Shown: positions 47,818 through 57,734 of the stretch, piece after piece
Layout of the letters: every line of letters begins with the position of its first letter
How positions within the stretch are numbered: position 1 is the stretch's first letter
Assembly: GCA_031556065.1 (NCBI GenBank)
Contig: JAVBTR010000012.1
Span: 31-64,030, forward strand
Length of the DNA stretch: 64,000 nucleotides
Source: Eubacteriales bacterium
Lineage (GTDB): Bacteria; Bacillota; Clostridia; Christensenellales; Aristaeellaceae
Direction: 5' to 3'
Notes under the pieces: model-generated
What the model was told of the DNA's origin: nothing
The model's database searches: none
Seen by the model: the letters and a program-made list of their open reading frames with translations, nothing else
Position numbers and translations under genes: made by a program

Positions 47818-49304
47818 AAGCAGTCATCTATGCACGCTATTCCTCCGATAGCCAGCGTGAAGAATCCATCGAAGGACAGCTCCGTGAATGTGCCGCCTTT
47901 GCTGAAAAGAACGGCATTACTATCTTGCGAAATTATATTGACCGTGCTTTCTCTGCCAAGACGGACAACCGCCCGGAGTTCCAAAACATGATTAAGGATA
48001 GCGGCAAAAAGTTATTTGATATGGTCATTGTTTGGAAGTTGGATCGCTTTGCACGCAATCGCTATGACAGTGCAAGATACAAATCCATCTTAAAGAAAAA
48101 TGGTGTGAAGGTTGTGTCTGCCACCGAAGTCATTTCTGACGGTGCAGAAGGCATTATTCTGGAATCGGTTCTTGAAGGCTATGCGGAATACTATTCTGCT
48201 GATCTATCCGAGAAGGTCATTCGCGGCATGACCGAGAACGCCTTGAAGGGCAAGTTCAATGGTGGTTCACTTCCGATAGGATATGTGATTGACGAGGAAC
48301 GACATTTTCAAATCGATCCATTGACCGCACCTTTTATCTTAGAAGCGTATAAGCGATATGACGAAGGGGGAACCATGACCAACATCCGAGATTGGCTAAA
48401 TGCAAAAGGCGTTACCAACAAGTTCGGTGGGGGCTTAACCTATAATAGCGTTCAATTGTTGTTGCACAATCGCCGTTACATTGGTGAGTTCAAATATAGA
48501 GATATTCTCTTGCCCAGTGCCATCCCTGCCATCGTGCCAAAAGAATTGTTTGACCGTGTACAAGCGAAGATGGAGAAAAACAAAAAAGCCCCAGCCCGTC
48601 ATAAGGCTGAGGACGATTATCTGCTAACAACGAAACTTTTCTGCGGTCATTGTGGGGCATATCTATGTGGAGAAAGCGGGACGGGGCGCTCTCATGTATA
48701 TCATTATTATAAGTGCGTCAATGTTAAAAAGAGCAAAACCTGCAAAAAGAAACCAGTTCAAAAAGACTGGATAGAAAACTTGGTTATTGACGAAACGGTG
48801 AATATGATCACAGATGACAAGACGGTTGAAGCCATCGTTTCAATGGTGATGGATTTGCAAGAGCGTGAAAATACAAGTTTGCCGCTATTTGAACAGCAAT
48901 TGCAGGACACCAACTTCGGCATTCAAAACATCCTCAACGCCATTCAGCAGGGTATCTTGACCAAATCCACCAAGAGCCGCCTTGATGAGCTGGAAGCGGT
49001 CAAAGAAGATTTGGAAATCAAGATTGCCAACGAAAGCCTTGCCAAGCCCAAGCTAAATGCAGATTTCGTGAAGTTTTGGCTACGCCGATTCCGCAAACTG
49101 GATACACGAAAGAAAGAGCATAGAATGATGTTGATTGATTCGTTTGTTAATGCGATCTTTCTCTATGACGATAAAGTGGTTATTACATTCAATTATAAGG
49201 ATGGCACGAAAACAATCACCCTTGGTGATGTAAAAGGTTCGGATTTGGAATGCTCTGGGGCACCATCAAGAGTTATCAAACTCAATACAAAGAGGTCTTC
49301 GTGA
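47814..49304 (+). CDS. Large serine recombinase
   Basis: The resolvase catalytic N-terminus is MKAVIYARYSSDSQ...WKLDRFARN. A recombinase domain and a zinc ribbon (CGHCGAYL...YHYYKC) follow, then a C-terminal coiled coil. Confidence 0.92.
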   Translation: MKAVIYARYSSDSQREESIEGQLRECAAFAEKNGITILRNYIDRAFSAKTDNRPEFQNMIKDSGKKLFDMVIVWKLDRFARNRYDSARYKSILKKNGVKVVSATEVISDGAEGIILESVLEGYAEYYSADLSEKVIRGMTENALKGKFNGGSLPIGYVIDEERHFQIDPLTAPFILEAYKRYDEGGTMTNIRDWLNAKGVTNKFGGGLTYNSVQLLLHNRRYIGEFKYRDILLPSAIPAIVPKELFDRVQAKMEKNKKAPARHKAEDDYLLTTKLFCGHCGAYLCGESGTGRSHVYHYYKCVNVKKSKTCKKKPVQKDWIENLVIDETVNMITDDKTVEAIVSMVMDLQERENTSLPLFEQQLQDTNFGIQNILNAIQQGILTKSTKSRLDELEAVKEDLEIKIANESLAKPKLNADFVKFWLRRFRKLDTRKKEHRMMLIDSFVNAIFLYDDKVVITFNYKDGTKTITLGDVKGSDLECSGAPSRVIKLNTKRSS

Positions 49305-49480
49305 TAACGGGGGCTTTTTTGTTATGTGTATGAAGGTTACATGGTGCTGTTATATGCAAATAAGTGATGATTTTATTGCCTCTTGTATCAATATAAATTT
49401 TGTTTGGATCATATTTACAAAACCATTTTTCTCCTGTACAATGCAAGCATTATCTCAATTACATCAAGGTGGACAAACTA

Positions 49481-50758
49481 ATGCTAAAGAAATGGATGAG
49501 CACCATGACGGAAAAGATCAAAGTAATTGCCAGATTCACCGATGAACACAGAAAAAAGATTATTGCCCTCTTTGTTATTGTATCGGTCCTTTTGCTGGGT
49601 TTTATGACGCTGATGAGCATAAAAAGTTATTCCGATTCCCATGACTACCTGATCACAGGCATTGAGGAGCGCATGATTGCGCTGGCCTCTGCCGCCCGGG
49701 AAGCCATTGATCCGGCGCACTTTCTTTCTGTAGAAAACGCCGAACAAGCTCTTGCCAGCCCAGAGTATGCTCAGGATATCGGACGGTTGCGGCTGCTGGC
49801 AAATCGCCTGGAGGTGAGGTATATTTACGCCTTGAAAAAGGTTGGGGATCAGTACCTTTTTGTATACGATTCCGATCTGGCGGACCAGCAGGTTTTCACT
49901 GCTTATGATGATGTGAACCCGGTGCATATGGAGGCCTTTCGCGGCGTGGCCTCGGCCTGCGCCTACGACATGAGCGATGCGTATGGCAGCTTTTCCACCG
50001 GCTGTGTCCCAATATATGATGCACAGGGCAGTGTCATTGGCGTGGTGGCAGCGGATATTGAGGATAACCTGGTAAAGCAGCACCGCGATAGTCAGTTTGC
50101 CAATATGCTGCTGCTGGTGCTTACCATCTTGATAATGCTGACTGTGCTTGCAATCTTCTTAATCAGCTTTCTTAGCAAGCTTAAGACCATGAGCGATGCG
50201 CTTTACCGCCAGTCCCATTATGACAAGCTAACTGGGCTGCCAAACCGTCAATTTCTGCTGGAAAGGCTGGACTACATGGTTAAGCAGAACGAGCAATACG
50301 CCTTGTTCTTTCTGGATTTGGATAATTTTAAGCGCGTTAACGATACTGCCGGGCATGACGCCGGAGATGCATTGCTAGTGGGCGTTGGCGAGTATTTAAG
50401 CAGCATACACCATGGTGGGCAGCAAACGCAGGTGTTCCGCCCTGCGGCGGGCAAGCTTAACGTAGCTGCACGCATTGGGGGCGATGAGTTTATATTGGTG
50501 GCCCCTGGCATGTCGCCAGAAAAGGCGCAGGAATATGCGGAGGAGATTATCAGCGGTTTGCGCTGCAAGGTAGATAATCCCAATATCTCATTGTTTGATA
50601 TTGGTTTTTCTATCGGTATTGCCTTTAGCCCTGCGGATACGAAGGATGCCAATGTGCTTATCAAGTATGCCGATATTGCCATGTATCACGCCAAACGCAG
50701 CGGCAAAAATACCTACCTTTCTTATCGCACAGATATGAGCGGCAAAAACGAGAAGTAG
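49481..50758 (+). CDS. Membrane-anchored diguanylate cyclase (GGDEF)
   Basis: Two TM helices flank a sensor domain, followed by YDKLTGLPNR...RIGGDEFILV. The start follows AAGGTGGA. Confidence 0.88.
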   Translation: MLKKWMSTMTEKIKVIARFTDEHRKKIIALFVIVSVLLLGFMTLMSIKSYSDSHDYLITGIEERMIALASAAREAIDPAHFLSVENAEQALASPEYAQDIGRLRLLANRLEVRYIYALKKVGDQYLFVYDSDLADQQVFTAYDDVNPVHMEAFRGVASACAYDMSDAYGSFSTGCVPIYDAQGSVIGVVAADIEDNLVKQHRDSQFANMLLLVLTILIMLTVLAIFLISFLSKLKTMSDALYRQSHYDKLTGLPNRQFLLERLDYMVKQNEQYALFFLDLDNFKRVNDTAGHDAGDALLVGVGEYLSSIHHGGQQTQVFRPAAGKLNVAARIGGDEFILVAPGMSPEKAQEYAEEIISGLRCKVDNPNISLFDIGFSIGIAFSPADTKDANVLIKYADIAMYHAKRSGKNTYLSYRTDMSGKNEK

Positions 50759-51113
50759 GCTGTTTTAGGATGTGATCGAGAGGTTCCGATAACTATTCGA
50801 GAATGCTAAGACGGTGCACCAGAGTGCTTGGCGTGGTTTTTTGCTACCATATGCCCGATGCTCCTTCGCGCACTTTCGGCCATGCGTTATCAAGCGCTTA
50901 CCAATGCCCAAAGCAAACGAGGAATTGCATTGCCTTTGGGGTTTTTGACATAGCCGTATCTAGGGTAGACACAATAGAAAGGTCTTCTTCAATAAAGAGG
51001 CTTTTTGTGTTTTAAATGAAAGTTGAACAAAAAAGTGATATAAGTGGAAAAGGCTAGGAGCCGTCGTTCTAAGTTGCGGAGCATCAAATGATTCTGCAGT
51101 GATTCATGCGCTG

Positions 51114-51253
51114 CTACCTGTTGCGAGGATAGGGCTGGGGTTGATCGGTTATGTCTAGGATATAATCTGTGGACGTGTTGAAAAACTCTGCCAGCTTTAT
51201 CAGGCTGTTAATGGGCAGTTGCCTTTGGCCTGTTTCATATTGTGAATAAGTGT
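51114..51253 (-). pseudogene. N-terminally truncated XRE-HTH gene fragment
   Basis: The minus strand reads TYSQYETGQRQLPINSLIKLAEFFNTSTDYILDITDQPQPYPRNR then a stop. An in-frame stop lies immediately upstream, and there is no start codon or helix 1-2. Confidence 0.5.
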
Positions 51254-51276
51254 TTTAAACGCAAGGGGGAAGTATT

Positions 51277-51621
51277 ATGAGGTTTGGCGGGATATGCATC
51301 ACGACCAATAACGCGCCTGGATTAGCGCAATTTTACAAAACTGTTTTTCAAGAGGAGCCATATGTGGAAGGCAGTCATTACGGGTTTAGCCAGATCGCTG
51401 TATACGACCCGGGGAATGTAAAGATGGGGAAAGAGAAAAACATATGGCTGCAATGCTTTGAGCCGGACATTGATGGGTTATATGAGCGGCTGCTGCGGGA
51501 AATCCCTGGTATCGAGATTATTTCACCCCCCGAAAGAAAGCCCTGGGGCGCGTATTCTTTTTGGTTTAAGGACCCGGACGGGAATAAGATTGCTGTTGCT
51601 CAGGAAAACCTGAAGAAATAG
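51277..51621 (+). CDS. VOC (glyoxalase/bleomycin-resistance) family protein
   Basis: A 114-aa protein ending PWGAYSFWFKDPDGNKIAV. Confidence 0.75.
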   Translation: MRFGGICITTNNAPGLAQFYKTVFQEEPYVEGSHYGFSQIAVYDPGNVKMGKEKNIWLQCFEPDIDGLYERLLREIPGIEIISPPERKPWGAYSFWFKDPDGNKIAVAQENLKK

Positions 51622-51753
51622 CAATGTGCTTAAACGATGGAAGAATAAAAAGCTGTCTTGAAACTGCTGCCTGTATTTTTCGGGCAATGGGGCGTTGACA
51701 GCTTTTTTTCAATGAAGTACAGTATATTTATAGATAAAAGGAGGGCGAGACGT

Positions 51754-53919
51754 ATGATTAAGAAATTCCTTTGCCTGTTATTATCGCTGCTGTTGATGAC
51801 GGCGGCAGCCATGGGGGAGAGCGTCACACTCTTGAATGAAGAAGAGGCTTTAACCATAGTGAGCATGGTATCGAGCCGGGATCAGATTTACGTCCTTTCG
51901 GGGGAAACGGTGCTGGCTCTTGCCCCCCAGACGGGAGAAGCAACCCAGTGGAGCGTTCTTGAGGGAGCGGGCTGGCAGCTGATGGGCGGGGATGAGCTGT
52001 GGGCGCTGAACCTGAACACGGGCGAGGCCGGATTGGTGACGGAAAAAGGTTTTGAAAAGCAAGTGGAACTGGATTGGTCTGTTATCGAGGGAGTCGGAAC
52101 GCAGCAAGGGGATGCCCTGTGGAACCCTCTTCGCCAGAATGGAAAGATTTATCTTCTTCGCCGTTCGGGCAGTGCTGTTGCACTAGGGGGCGAAGAACTT
52201 TTGGCCTTTGATGAAAGGACGGGCAAGGCAAGTGTCAGCGCTTTGCCCTATGCGCTGGAATTGGCTAGTAACGGCCAGGATTTGGCGCTCTTGTGGCAAG
52301 ACATAAGCCGTGTTGCAAAGGGAGAAACGGGTTTGGTGCTGCAAGCGGTGGATAGGGAGGGCAGGCTTTTGCAGGTGCTGGCCAGCAACCTAAGCTATCA
52401 GACAGGCGGCATTGCCTATGATGCGCGTAATGAACAGCTTTTCCTTTCTGGGGAAGGCGAATTGAAACGGGTGCTTACCGATGGCAGCCTGGAAACGGCA
52501 GGCTACCTGGAGGTGACATCGGCCTTGACCATGCCTGCCGCTATTGCGGGGGATTGGTACGCGGTGCTTACCCAGACTGGAGTGAAAGCGTGCTCCTTAG
52601 CTGCGGAGCTGGAGCAGGTGGAAAAATTGACCATTTTCGGCGGCTCCATGGATGAAAAGGCGCAAGCCTTTATGGCGGAGCATCCGGGGCTGAAACTGTC
52701 CTTTGTGCCAAGTGTGCTGACCACCGGGGAGACCATCCGCAATGATGTGATTGCCGGTTCCACCCAGACGGACATTTATGTCATCAATAGCCTCCTGGGG
52801 CTTTGGACGCTTATCGATAAAGGGTATATAGCACCCCTTGAAGATGAGGAGCTGGTGCGGGATGTGGAAACCATGTATCCGCAAATCGCCCAGGCGCTGG
52901 TGAAGGATGGGAAGGTGTACGCCTACCCGCAATTATTTCAGCTGGGGGCTTGGTCGCTGAACCAAGCCGCATGGGATGTGGTAGGCTGGGAGGAACCTGT
53001 GCCTGAAACCTTCCTGGAACTGATGGCTTTATTGGAACTTTGGAATGAAGACTATCAAGAAGAGTTCAGCGAATATAACTTTATGCAGCTTTATATGGGC
53101 AAGGCGCAGCTTGTATCCAGTGTGCTGGAGCAATACTCGCTGATGTATGCTACAGCCGATGCACCGCTCAAATTCGATGATGAACGGTTCATTGCTGCCC
53201 TGGAAAGCATCCGTCGAATAGAAGTAGATGGCATTTCGTTAAATGACGCCAGCCAGCTGACCCAGGAAGTAATGACAAAAATCACTGAGGTCATGATGCG
53301 GGAAACGCTTATTGAACAGATGATGACCACTTCCGTTCTAGCGGGAACCGACGACAGACGCCCCATCGCCCCCATGGTGTTTGAAAAAGGTGAGCAGCCT
53401 GCTATTCGGGCCCAGATGTTGGTTTATGTGGTTAATTCCAACAGCCCCAACAAGGAGCAGGCCATAGAGTTTATTAGCTACATGGCAAAGCGCCAGGATG
53501 ATGAATTGCGCATCAGCCTCCATCCCGACGACAATACCCCCGTGCGGCCCAAGGATTACGACAAGCGGATGGCCGACCTGAACCAGGACGCCCAGCTATT
53601 AAAGACACAGCTGGAAACGACCAAGCCGGAAGATAAAAAGGCATTGGAGGAGCAGCTCCAAAATGTTCAGAAGCAGCTTAGCCAGATGGAGCAAAACGAA
53701 TGGCTTATTAGCGCTAAAGGCATAGCGGATTACCGCGCCTTGGCCCCCTACATGACAATGGGCCAGAATGTCCAGTTCTTGTATAATAACGAAAACCAGG
53801 CTGCCACCGAGGAATTGAACAATTTACTTATCCGCTTCATTGATGGGCAGGTGGATTCCCGGCAATTGGTGAAGGAGCTGGATAAAAAACTGGATAAGAT
53901 GTTTAAAGAAGGCCGGTAA
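51754..53919 (+). CDS. Secreted protein: N-terminal repeat/propeller-like region plus a C-terminal extracellular solute-binding-like domain
   Basis: A signal peptide MIKKFLCLLLSLLLMTAAAMG follows AAAGGAGGG. The C-terminal half resembles family-1 solute-binding proteins. Confidence 0.6.
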   Translation: MIKKFLCLLLSLLLMTAAAMGESVTLLNEEEALTIVSMVSSRDQIYVLSGETVLALAPQTGEATQWSVLEGAGWQLMGGDELWALNLNTGEAGLVTEKGFEKQVELDWSVIEGVGTQQGDALWNPLRQNGKIYLLRRSGSAVALGGEELLAFDERTGKASVSALPYALELASNGQDLALLWQDISRVAKGETGLVLQAVDREGRLLQVLASNLSYQTGGIAYDARNEQLFLSGEGELKRVLTDGSLETAGYLEVTSALTMPAAIAGDWYAVLTQTGVKACSLAAELEQVEKLTIFGGSMDEKAQAFMAEHPGLKLSFVPSVLTTGETIRNDVIAGSTQTDIYVINSLLGLWTLIDKGYIAPLEDEELVRDVETMYPQIAQALVKDGKVYAYPQLFQLGAWSLNQAAWDVVGWEEPVPETFLELMALLELWNEDYQEEFSEYNFMQLYMGKAQLVSSVLEQYSLMYATADAPLKFDDERFIAALESIRRIEVDGISLNDASQLTQEVMTKITEVMMRETLIEQMMTTSVLAGTDDRRPIAPMVFEKGEQPAIRAQMLVYVVNSNSPNKEQAIEFISYMAKRQDDELRISLHPDDNTPVRPKDYDKRMADLNQDAQLLKTQLETTKPEDKKALEEQLQNVQKQLSQMEQNEWLISAKGIADYRALAPYMTMGQNVQFLYNNENQAATEELNNLLIRFIDGQVDSRQLVKELDKKLDKMFKEGR

Positions 53920-53953
53920 AAAATGCAGTAATGATGACACTGGAGGTATTGGT

Positions 53954-54382
53954 ATGATAGATAATGAACTGAAGATCAAAATGTATTCATTTACGGTGGA
54001 CTGCAAAGATACCCAAGCATTGGCGAAATTCTACGCAACGCTCATGAACTGGGAATATGGTTTTGCCGATGAAGAATACGCCTGGGTGTACCCGCCCGGA
54101 ACCCAGCAGGGGATGTATCCCGGCATTGTGTTTCAACGAAATCCTGGATATGAACCGCCTGTGTGGCCCGATGAGCCAGGTGCACAGCAGCAAATGGCCC
54201 ATTTGGATTTCGCTGTTACGGATTTGGAAAAAACGGTTCAGCGCGCCATTCAATGCGGGGCAACGATGGCGAGAGAGCAGTTTTCCGAGGATTGGACAGT
54301 CATGTTGGACCCGGAAGGTCATCCCTTTTGCTTGTGTTTAATGAATGAACTCTTTAAGAGTGAACATTTTACATTGCTATGA
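53954..54382 (+). CDS. VOC family protein
   Basis: MAHLDFAVTDLEKTV...MLDPEGHPFCL. Confidence 0.75.
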   Translation: MIDNELKIKMYSFTVDCKDTQALAKFYATLMNWEYGFADEEYAWVYPPGTQQGMYPGIVFQRNPGYEPPVWPDEPGAQQQMAHLDFAVTDLEKTVQRAIQCGATMAREQFSEDWTVMLDPEGHPFCLCLMNELFKSEHFTLL

Positions 54383-54587
54383 AAAGCATAGGTACAAGAA
54401 ACCGCAGGCTCAATACCTCTTTGGGGTACGTCTGGTTATGAGCAAGCCGAGGGTCCGTGCTTTGAATGCTTCCCGGATGGTAAAATGGAAGCGTGGATAC
54501 CAATTCAGCGCAAATGAAAACCAAGGTGGCTGCCAACTGTAAAAGGGAGGAGCCACCTTGGGCCTTTTCTATAAAGAGGGCGTGCTA

Positions 54588-55823
54588 TTACTCAAGGGCG
54601 AAGGAAACAGCGTCTTTCGGAAACAGAACTTTTTTCTGTGTTCCTTGATCGAATCTGGCAGGCATCACTGTAATGCTTTTGGGGATTCGCTTTAGGTTCG
54701 TCATTTCCGCGGTGTAGGCCCATACATATGTGCCGTCGGCTTGCTGTTGCGGCGCCTTGGTATCGTTGTCGCCGCTAATGGCGGAAGCCCACCAGATATC
54801 GCCCGTTTCGTCCAGAAAATAGAAATCCCAGAGATTGGATTCATATTCCCTGGCGGCGGATTGGCTTTCAAACACCCGTTCTAGATGGAAGGTGGCTGAA
54901 TTCAGGTTTACATCGGCCTTTGTTACCCGCAGGGTATAGGTATCATTGTTCTTCTCTACGGTTTCAGCTTTCTTTAATTGGTCTTGTGCATTGCATTTGA
55001 CGGTGAAAGCCATATAAAGCGTATCTAATTGCTTCATGAGTCCGCTGGCTTCCAAATTTTCAATTCTGGTAATGGCTGGGTTATATTGGGTTCCTAACTC
55101 CACGCCACCGTCTGGTGCCACGGGAATCTTGCCTTGAGCCACCAAGGCTTCAATGGGTGCGTGGTATTCATCGGCAGGGGTGCTTTCGCTTATTGCACCT
55201 ATTTCAACCACCTGGCCCTTCGGGGTAAAGGCAGTGAAGGTTAGGCCCACATCGCATTTTTCCAAGGCGGTGCCGAGGCTTCCCCCAGCCACCCTAGCAG
55301 AAAAGCCGCTATGAATGGTTTCGCCCGGTTGGATGAAAACTTCATCCCCGTTGGTAAAGGTACCCATACCTGTTGGGGCTTGATTCACCTGAATATCGCA
55401 CAGCAAGTAAATGGTTTCGGTGGTATTGTTGGTTACCGTCCAGGCCGTTACCAGAGCGTTGCCGTCGAATATGGCATCCACTATGTTGGCGGATAACGCA
55501 TCTCCCTTTAAAGCTTCCTTGATGGGCTGTACATGGCTTGCCAGTGCTTCGTTCACTTGCTCCTGGCCATCAATTCCCTTGTGGGTAATCAATGAGCGGC
55601 TGCCCCAGGAGGCTACGGCTAAGGCAGTGCCGCAGACGAGGATCAACGCCGCTATAAGGATAGGGGCCAGACGAAAGGGTTTACGTACAACCGCGGGGTG
55701 TGAAGCGGATTGCATTTTCCTGCGCAGCTTTTGCTGTAAACGGAGTTCGGTGTCCTGGCTGATGATGATATTCTCGGTTTCCATCTGGCGAAGGACCGCC
55801 TGATCAAATGGATTGTTCCGCAT
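54588..55823 (-). CDS. Putative anti-sigma factor (single TM, large extracytoplasmic domain)
   Basis: It overlaps the ECF sigma gene. A short cytoplasmic N-terminus is followed by a TM helix (APILIAALILVCGTALAV). Confidence 0.6.
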   Translation of the reverse strand: MRNNPFDQAVLRQMETENIIISQDTELRLQQKLRRKMQSASHPAVVRKPFRLAPILIAALILVCGTALAVASWGSRSLITHKGIDGQEQVNEALASHVQPIKEALKGDALSANIVDAIFDGNALVTAWTVTNNTTETIYLLCDIQVNQAPTGMGTFTNGDEVFIQPGETIHSGFSARVAGGSLGTALEKCDVGLTFTAFTPKGQVVEIGAISESTPADEYHAPIEALVAQGKIPVAPDGGVELGTQYNPAITRIENLEASGLMKQLDTLYMAFTVKCNAQDQLKKAETVEKNNDTYTLRVTKADVNLNSATFHLERVFESQSAAREYESNLWDFYFLDETGDIWWASAISGDNDTKAPQQQADGTYVWAYTAEMTNLKRIPKSITVMPARFDQGTQKKVLFPKDAVSFALE

Positions 55824-56298
55824 AAAAAGCTTCCTCCTTTTCTAATAACAGGCGTAGTCTATCCCGCCCGCGGGCCAGCCGCACCAAGACGGTGGGGGTA
55901 GGCAAGCCTAGCACATGGGCGATTTCCTTTGCCTTAAACCCTTCATAGTAATGTAGGATCAGCACATCCCGGTAGTGAAGGGGCAACGCTTGAAGAAGCT
56001 CGAATACGCTGCCTTCTTGGTTTTCCAACGCTGGCTTGTCATAGACGCTAAAATCTTCCACCAGCACCTCGCGTTTGTGCTTTCTAAGCATATCATAGCA
56101 GCACCGGACGAGAATCCGCATGATCCAGGTTTTAAAGTACCGTTCTTCCCGAAGCGTATGGGCGTTTTGATATGCCTTGAAAAGCGCTTCGGAAACCGCG
56201 TCTTCCGCGTTGGCGTTTTGCTGCAGGATGCCAAGGGCTACCCGCATCATATTGTGCCGAAGCTCCCAAGCCATTTCGGCCGTATGGTTTGCGTTCAC
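55804..56298 (-). CDS. ECF-type RNA polymerase sigma factor
   Basis: Region 2 is FKTWIMRILVRCCYDMLRK and region 4 is YRDVLILHYYEGFKAKEIAHVLGLPTPTVLVRLARGR. It uses a GTG start. Confidence 0.85.
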   Translation of the reverse strand: MNANHTAEMAWELRHNMMRVALGILQQNANAEDAVSEALFKAYQNAHTLREERYFKTWIMRILVRCCYDMLRKHKREVLVEDFSVYDKPALENQEGSVFELLQALPLHYRDVLILHYYEGFKAKEIAHVLGLPTPTVLVRLARGRDRLRLLLEKEEAFYAEQSI

Positions 56299-56460
56299 TT
56301 AATCACCTCGTTTTTGTCATGACATCTTATAGACGGGAAGCCTCTGCCTATTATTACAGTGGCTTTGAAATTTTCTAAAAAAATATGTTAAAATAGTGCT
56401 TGACTCTCCTGTTAGGGGAGAATGTAAGATTAAATCAAGGAAGAGAGGAGGGTGATGGGA

Positions 56461-57270
56461 ATGTACCGCATTGGGATGTTTTCCAAGCTATCGCGGACAA
56501 CCATTAAAACGCTGCGCCACTATGATGAGGTGGGGTTGCTGATCCCCGCTTACGTGGACGAAGAAAACGGGTACCGCTATTATACCACGGAGCAGCTGGT
56601 GAAATTGAACCAGATCGTGGCCCTTCGGCAGATGGGTTTTTCGATCCCGGAGGTGATAGACATCGTTGACGGCCGCAACGTGTCCTTGATCCTTAACCAG
56701 CGCAAAGCGGAGCTAGCCAGCGAACAGCAAACCGTCACCGAGCAGCTCTTTCGGTTGGAAAACTACATTCTTAAACAGAAAGAGGGTTATTACATGAAAT
56801 ATCAGGCAGTTATCAAAGAAATCCCATCTTACACGGTTTACTCGGCAAAATATCTGGTTCCCAACTATGCGGCGCTCAATGGCATCATGCCTGCGCTGGG
56901 GGAAAAGGTAGCCAAGGCCAACCCGGGCATCAAGTGTGTGGAACCGGACTATTGCTTTAACGTGTATCTGGACGGGGAATACCGGGATACCGACATCAAC
57001 GTAGAGATTTGCCAAGCAGTCACCACCCGGGGCAAGGATGGGGATGGGATTGTGTTTAAGGAAATCCCGGCAGTGGCGGTGGTATCGGTACTGCATAAGG
57101 GCGCTTACGAGAAGCTGGGCGAGGCTTATGCCTATGCCATGCAATGGGTAGAGCAGAATGGGTATAAGCTTTGCGATAACGTTCGGGAAAGCTATATCGA
57201 TGGCATTTGGAATAAGGAAGACGTGGCCGATTGGCTGACGGAGATTCAGGTGCCTGTTGCGAAAAAATAA
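56461..57270 (+). CDS. MerR-family regulator with a GyrI-like effector domain (BmrR-like)
   Basis: MYRIGMFSKLSRTTIKTLRHYDEVGLL followed by a GyrI-like C-terminal half. Confidence 0.85.
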   Translation: MYRIGMFSKLSRTTIKTLRHYDEVGLLIPAYVDEENGYRYYTTEQLVKLNQIVALRQMGFSIPEVIDIVDGRNVSLILNQRKAELASEQQTVTEQLFRLENYILKQKEGYYMKYQAVIKEIPSYTVYSAKYLVPNYAALNGIMPALGEKVAKANPGIKCVEPDYCFNVYLDGEYRDTDINVEICQAVTTRGKDGDGIVFKEIPAVAVVSVLHKGAYEKLGEAYAYAMQWVEQNGYKLCDNVRESYIDGIWNKEDVADWLTEIQVPVAKK

Positions 57271-57319
57271 GGGAGATGCTTAAAGGAGCTCCCCAATGTA
57301 GATTGTTGAAAAAGTAAAA

Positions 57320-57370
57320 GCAATACCCAGGCCAAGATGCGTTTCGCTGTTTTGGCCTGGGTATTGCTTT
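57320..57370 (+). terminator. Terminator hairpin after the merR-like gene
   Basis: A 16-bp stem GCAATACCCAGGCCAA/TTGGCCTGGGTATTGC followed by a T run. Confidence 0.7.
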
Positions 57371-57661
57371 GCGGTTTTAATCGGAACGTTGGGTTTTACC
57401 CAAACCCATTAAAGGGCGATGCCCTTTAAAATCCCATATTTCAACCCTGGACAAGGGGCGAGTGGCCGAAAAAGGCAGGGGTGTGGAAATCTGGTGCGGG
57501 GGTATCGACGGGCGACCAGCATAGGTAATGGGGGATGTCTGTGCGGCTGCCACATTTGTAAAAGTTGGCATTCAGCGTTTGCCCGGCAATGGATACCAGG
57601 TGGATAAAATGATAGCCTACGGAAGATAACAAGTCCCAGTGTAACCTATTGAAAACGGGCA

Positions 57662-57707
57662 AATACAAGCAAGCGCAGGCGCGTTTTTACCTGCGCTTGC
57701 TTGTATT
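57662..57707. terminator. Terminator hairpin downstream of sanA
   Basis: An 18-bp perfect stem AATACAAGCAAGCGCAGG/CCTGCGCTTGCTTGTATT. Confidence 0.65.
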
Positions 57708-57734
57708 AGGTGTCATGGGGCGCTCTTGCTTCGG

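Larger units (their letters stand above)
33960..49320. mobile_element. Integrated serine-recombinase genomic island (TnpV/DUF6809/RHH/XRE/large serine recombinase backbone) carrying a defence-type cargo operon
   Basis: The composition drops sharply to AT-rich relative to both flanks. The island begins shortly after tRNA-Leu and the recombinase gene is at its right edge. The backbone genes are typical of clostridial integrative elements. I could not define exact att ends. Confidence 0.6.

Noticed and set aside
33791-49398. A shared 8-mer CAATATAA near both island edges (33793-33800 and about 49390-49397), considered as a possible att core.
   Set aside because: It is too short and AT-rich to be meaningful in AT-rich DNA. 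Serine recombinases need only a 2-bp crossover, so this cannot be called from one sequence.
50803-51015. A 70-aa plus-strand ORF after the GGDEF gene.
   Set aside because: It has no RBS and an implausible composition. The region looks like non-coding or decayed DNA next to the XRE fragment.
57380-57660. A 75-aa minus-strand ORF (57441-57668) and neighbours in the gap between the merR-like gene and sanA.
   Set aside because: It has no RBS and no recognisable domain, and it sits between two strong terminator hairpins. It may be a decayed gene fragment, but I cannot support any call.
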